Part shown: positions 24,975 to 28,618 of the stretch, piece after piece
Layout of the letters: each line of letters starts with the position of its first letter
How positions within the stretch are numbered: the stretch's first letter is position 1
Virus record (IMG/VR): IMGVR_UViG_3300012952_000090
Coordinates: 1 to 28,618 of that record
DNA from: a virus
Taxonomy: Duplodnaviria; Caudoviricetes
Reading direction: 5' to 3' (one strand)
DNA length: 28,618 nucleotides
Notes under the pieces: model-generated
The model's database searches: none
What the model was told of the DNA's origin: nothing
What the model saw: only the letters and a program-made list of their open reading frames with translations
Program-made: the position numbers and the translations under genes

Positions 24975-26232
24975 AGCCTTTTTGAATTAGTTGTTTTTCG
25001 TAGTCTTTTTCTGAATCAGGTAACTCATCGTCAAAGTTCATACCCATACCGACTTGATCGAGTGGTATTTTAGACATTTCAGTTAAAAGCGTATCTGCTC
25101 CTTCTAGTGGCTCTAAACCCATTGCCTCACGTTTTTCATTAATCGTCATAAATGTGGACGACTCGAGGGATTGTCGTTTTCGATCTCTTTTAGTGCTTAT
25201 AGCTTCCACAGAATCCTCGTCATAATGAAGTTTATATCGATCGTTATATCTTGGCGTCAGCCACCGATTCAGTTCAGTCAACAAATGTGATAAATGGGGC
25301 TTAACTGCGTTATCCCACAACTGTTCTTTGGCTTTGTCTAAATTTTCGTAGGTAGCTTGCCCCATCAACAAATCTACAGGAACCCCAAATGTAAACGCGA
25401 TTGTTTTTGATGCTTGCTCAATGCCAGATTGGAAATTTAAATCGGTTGGTGTTAGCCCAGTTTTGTTGAATTTTAAGCCCCTTGGGAGGGTCATCATAGA
25501 GAGAGACCGGCTCCCCTTATATTGTTGCATCGATAGTTTTAAATCTTCGACTTGGTTTGGGCTTAAACTCACTTCTCGATCAATTTCAATAACTGCGGAT
25601 ACGTTTCCTGAATTTTGGAGTACGTTGTTATTCCACTCATTGCTTAAATTAATTTGATTGATTTGATCTTCTAAAGCTTGGATCGTACTAATTCCCAACC
25701 CATCATTAGAAAATGCTTTTAAATGTAAAATGTTCGATGAACCGTCTAAAAAAATGGGGTATTTAATTGCATCAACGCCCGTACCATATTCATAATAATT
25801 ATCTTTGATTTTTATTAATAATGGATCCAAACAATCTAAAATTATCGGTATTTTATTATTTTGAGGGTCTGTATTTTCTTCTTTCGTTTCGTAGTTCGCT
25901 CTAATATAGCTATTCCCGTATATCAAATAATTAACCATAACAGAATTAAAAAACTCTATCTTAGACTGAGACAAATTCGGATTATTTAAAAGCCTTAATA
26001 AATCATCATTTAAATTATCAACTTGTTCATTTTTTTCGTTAAGTAGGATAAATGGGATTTTTGATACTTCACTTGATATCAGATTAACGCAACGATTAAC
26101 GACTGCATTACGTTTGTAGCCTTCCCTCATCCAATTATGCATATCTGATGATCGCGAATACGTACCCCCATTGGCACAAAAAGACTGTGAGTTATTTTTA
26201 TTTATTAATAGACGTGTGAGCTTCGAGATCAT
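24922..26232 (-). CDS. HK97-family portal protein
   Basis: NAVVNRCV..I, LLNNPN, GNSY, IAFTFGVP and TINEKREAMGLEP..GAD motifs. Confidence 0.95.
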   Translation of the reverse strand: MISKLTRLLINKNNSQSFCANGGTYSRSSDMHNWMREGYKRNAVVNRCVNLISSEVSKIPFILLNEKNEQVDNLNDDLLRLLNNPNLSQSKIEFFNSVMVNYLIYGNSYIRANYETKEENTDPQNNKIPIILDCLDPLLIKIKDNYYEYGTGVDAIKYPIFLDGSSNILHLKAFSNDGLGISTIQALEDQINQINLSNEWNNNVLQNSGNVSAVIEIDREVSLSPNQVEDLKLSMQQYKGSRSLSMMTLPRGLKFNKTGLTPTDLNFQSGIEQASKTIAFTFGVPVDLLMGQATYENLDKAKEQLWDNAVKPHLSHLLTELNRWLTPRYNDRYKLHYDEDSVEAISTKRDRKRQSLESSTFMTINEKREAMGLEPLEGADTLLTEMSKIPLDQVGMGMNFDDELPDSEKDYEKQLIQKGYDQKSARVQAELVYDSE

Positions 26233-26302
26233 GGAACCCCCTAATTAAAATAAGATACATTCATATTATACATTAATTTATGCTAACCATCATAATTTTG
26301 TG

Positions 26303-27553
26303 CTAAACCATGATAATTGGAATTTCAGTTGATTTATTCATGGCTAACTCGGTCAAAGCCCACACAAGTGCATCCAGTCGATCAGGACTCTCTTCGCCTT
26401 GAGTGCCGGTGTAGCTTGTCATCTGTTCCTCTAGTTCGGGGAAACGCTGTAAATGGGTGACCTTCCCCTGCTCGTATAAGGCACTAATCGGCTCTGCTCT
26501 TAATATCTTTCCTCTCGTTGCTCGTACTTGTTTGAAATTAACATTAGGCTCTAAATTACGGATATTTTGCTCTATAAGATCACCACCGTTATTTATCTCG
26601 CCAATGATACAATCAGCGTTATTTTTATGGTAAAGATTAATAGCTACATTACCCCATTCTGTAGGTGAATAAACACCGCTTTTATCCTCAATTATTATAT
26701 AGCGACCATTTGTCATTAGAGCAGCTACAACAATACCTGTTTCACTGCTATTTTTATTTGATGAAACAGCGGGGTCAATAGCAACGACAATGCGTTGGTA
26801 ATCAGCTATTTTATCCAAACTACGTGCCTCCTCCAACATAGCATAATTCCATAATGCCCCTGCAATGTCATCAAGCCAATCACCCATAAAGATATTGTTA
26901 TACTTCCTTGGGTTTATTGCCTTGATTTCTTCGGCTCGTGAAATAAAAGACTTATCAAGATTATTGATGTTGTCTAAATAAGTCGTTTTTAAATACAGTG
27001 TGTCTTTACGTTCTTTTAGTTTAAATCGCTTGTATATCCAGTGAGACTTATCAACCGGATTTAACACTAACAAAACTAAGTTTTTAATTCCTTTCGTACG
27101 AATTGAAAAATCAACTCTATCAAATAACGCTTCATCGGCGCACTCTTGAGCCTCTTCTAGTACAAGTACATTTACATTATTAACGGATTTTAGTGCTGAA
27201 TTAGCTGTATTTGAACTTGGTTTTAATCCTCGATATATAATGTTACAACCAGAACCAATATTGTTTACCTCTGTCTTCTTAAAAATAAATGAATCATCAT
27301 TACAAAGCGTTTCACACATTCCCCGGAACTCAGGAATAATACTAGTTTCTGCTGAAACCATTGTGTATCTAGTAAACAATATCTTGTTGTTTTTTAAAAA
27401 ACTAATATAGTTAAGAAAACAACTTAATACAAATGATTTACCGCTGCCACGCCCACCTTCTATCAATACATATCTGATACCCTTGGTATCCGTATCCATT
27501 ACTTTAAAGAGCGGTTTATACTTATTGGAAAGCTTAACCCGACTATACATCAT
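26303..27553 (-). CDS. terL: Terminase large subunit
   Basis: Walker A GGRGSGKS, Walker B VLVLEEA, LNP coupling motif, TTYLDN; nuclease motifs AIDPA and PDRLDAL. Confidence 0.96.
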   Translation of the reverse strand: MMYSRVKLSNKYKPLFKVMDTDTKGIRYVLIEGGRGSGKSFVLSCFLNYISFLKNNKILFTRYTMVSAETSIIPEFRGMCETLCNDDSFIFKKTEVNNIGSGCNIIYRGLKPSSNTANSALKSVNNVNVLVLEEAQECADEALFDRVDFSIRTKGIKNLVLLVLNPVDKSHWIYKRFKLKERKDTLYLKTTYLDNINNLDKSFISRAEEIKAINPRKYNNIFMGDWLDDIAGALWNYAMLEEARSLDKIADYQRIVVAIDPAVSSNKNSSETGIVVAALMTNGRYIIIEDKSGVYSPTEWGNVAINLYHKNNADCIIGEINNGGDLIEQNIRNLEPNVNFKQVRATRGKILRAEPISALYEQGKVTHLQRFPELEEQMTSYTGTQGEESPDRLDALVWALTELAMNKSTEIPIIMV

Positions 27554-27557
27554 TCTA

Positions 27558-28592
27558 TCATTTTGCTGACCTCGGCATAACGATACCTTTGAATATCTGA
27601 TACGCCACCTGTGGTACTATTGAATTACCTAATGACTTAAGTCTGTCCACCCGATTGGGTATCCCATTAGCCACTCGACCCACGTTGGGTTCAGACTCCC
27701 ACCAGTTTCTGTTTGGCTCTTCATGGCAACTCTTTCCTCTAAATTCCCCTTGTCCCTTCCTCGACTTTTTATCGTCGATGTTTTCTCTGCCATCGCTGAT
27801 GATGCTCTCGAAGTTGGCCACATCTTCGCTTCCCTCATGTCTGTTATCGGATAACCGTACTTCACTTGTTCCGCTAGACTTCCTGGCGGTACTGTTTTCC
27901 TTCCGCTCTTGTTCCTCATTTTCTCCCTCTTCTTCAAACCCTCCTCCGATCTCTCGGTTATGTTCGTTGCGCTTGGAGTCAACCACATCCCTTGATCGTT
28001 GAGCATATTTACCTGCATTTCTAAGCTGTTCGGTTTTTTTTTGTTTTTGTTTTTTGGGTTTGAAGATGCTCTCATTCGCTTGATGTAGGTCTCGTAACTT
28101 TCGTTCACTTGAATTGTTTTGGGAGTAAGCCACAATCCAAACCCTGTCTCTCCTGTGGGGAGCGCCGACACCGCAAGCTGGTATAATAAATGGTTGCACT
28201 TCGTAGCCTTCACTTTCCAAGTCAATTTTCGTGCGCTGGAATGCCATATTGACGAAGTTAGCAACGTTTTCACCAATGACCCAAGTGGGCTTGAACTCTT
28301 TAACAACTCTAAACATTTCCGGCCAGAGGTCACGATTATCTTGCGTTCCTTTTTTTCGTCCTGCGATACTAAAGGGCTGACAGGGGAATCCTCCTGTAAT
28401 AACGTCAACTGTTCCATCTATATCACCTCTTTTTAATTTGCAGATATCCGGAAAAACCGGAATACTGGGAAAATTCTTTTTTAATACTTTTTCACAGAAT
28501 GGATCGGACTCACAAAATGCAACCGTTTTAATCTCTGCCCAATGGGCCGCTAAACTAAAACCCCCAATCCCACTAAATAAATCCAATAACAT
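27558..28592 (-). CDS. C5 DNA cytosine methyltransferase, alpha subunit
   Basis: Motif I LDLFSGIGG, IV GGFPCQPFS, VI ENV, VIII HRRDRVW and X RLKSLGNSIVP. No motif IX in this frame. Confidence 0.93.
   Translation of the reverse strand: MLLDLFSGIGGFSLAAHWAEIKTVAFCESDPFCEKVLKKNFPSIPVFPDICKLKRGDIDGTVDVITGGFPCQPFSIAGRKKGTQDNRDLWPEMFRVVKEFKPTWVIGENVANFVNMAFQRTKIDLESEGYEVQPFIIPACGVGAPHRRDRVWIVAYSQNNSSERKLRDLHQANESIFKPKKQKQKKTEQLRNAGKYAQRSRDVVDSKRNEHNREIGGGFEEEGENEEQERKENSTARKSSGTSEVRLSDNRHEGSEDVANFESIISDGRENIDDKKSRKGQGEFRGKSCHEEPNRNWWESEPNVGRVANGIPNRVDRLKSLGNSIVPQVAYQIFKGIVMPRSAK
27629..28417 (-). CDS. C5 methyltransferase beta subunit, nested in an alternate frame
   Basis: Own RBS GAGGTG (28424-28429) 6 nt before the ATG; 262 open codons; C-terminal motif IX-like LNPTWVEWLMGYPIGWT. 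Confidence 0.85.
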   Translation of the reverse strand: MEQLTLLQEDSPVSPLVSQDEKKERKIIVTSGRKCLELLKSSSPLGSLVKTLLTSSIWHSSARKLTWKVKATKCNHLLYQLAVSALPTGETGFGLWLTPKTIQVNESYETYIKRMRASSNPKNKNKKKPNSLEMQVNMLNDQGMWLTPSATNITERSEEGLKKREKMRNKSGRKTVPPGSLAEQVKYGYPITDMREAKMWPTSRASSAMAEKTSTIKSRGRDKGNLEERVAMKSQTETGGSLNPTWVEWLMGYPIGWTDLSH

Positions 28593-28618
28593 TTAACTAA
28601 CCCTCTCTACATACAAAA

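Larger units (their letters stand above)
1..28618. mobile_element. Temperate siphovirus genome segment, probably excised or virion form
   Basis: Ordered terL-portal-protease-capsid-neck-tail-lysis operon on the - strand converging on an integrase/XRE module on the + strand, with no host genes at the lysis/integrase junction. Confidence 0.95.

Noticed and set aside
6095-27553. Gene transfer agent cluster
   Set aside because: The linked integrase, XRE genes, lysis cassette and methyltransferase indicate an autonomous temperate phage.
4881-28436. Short track ORFs nested in or antisense to larger genes (e.g. 4881-5093, 5651-5860, 8488-8877, 11458-11745, 18228-18551, 23661-23897, 24154-24528, 27655-28002, 28119-28436)
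   Set aside because: No recognisable motifs; best explained as shadow frames of real genes. Only 27629-28417 has independent support.
1-28618. CRISPR array, rRNA, IS element, intron/intein or stop-codon reassignment
   Set aside because: No spaced direct repeats or transposase seen; terL, portal and capsid are uninterrupted; TAA, TAG and TGA all terminate genes normally.

Overview
The whole window is a contiguous piece of an AT-rich temperate siphovirus with an HK97-fold capsid. Left end, + strand: the tail of a probable repressor, a structured intergenic region, an XRE-type HTH gene and a large serine integrase. From the right end leftwards, - strand: a two-subunit, overlapping-frame C5 DNA methyltransferase, TerL, portal, minor head protein, protease, major capsid protein, decoration protein, a ~5.9 kb module of fibre-like genes inside the head operon, neck and tail genes (with a -1 frameshift chaperone and a short tape measure), tip protein J, a tail fibre with an S74 chaperone, a lysis cassette, and a small FimB-like tyrosine recombinase. 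Four observations stand out. (1) A 50-bp attP-like dyad lies inside the 3' end of the integrase gene; its core and geometry match the antisense of a tRNA 3' end, which predicts tRNA targeting and a swap of the integrase C-terminus on integration. (2) The second recombinase has a 10-6-10 palindrome over its own promoter. (3) There is a probable head-fibre module with a second chaperone-bearing fibre. (4) The methyltransferase beta subunit carries three tandem modules. Family assignments come from recognising motifs by eye; no database searches were run and the host cannot be identified.
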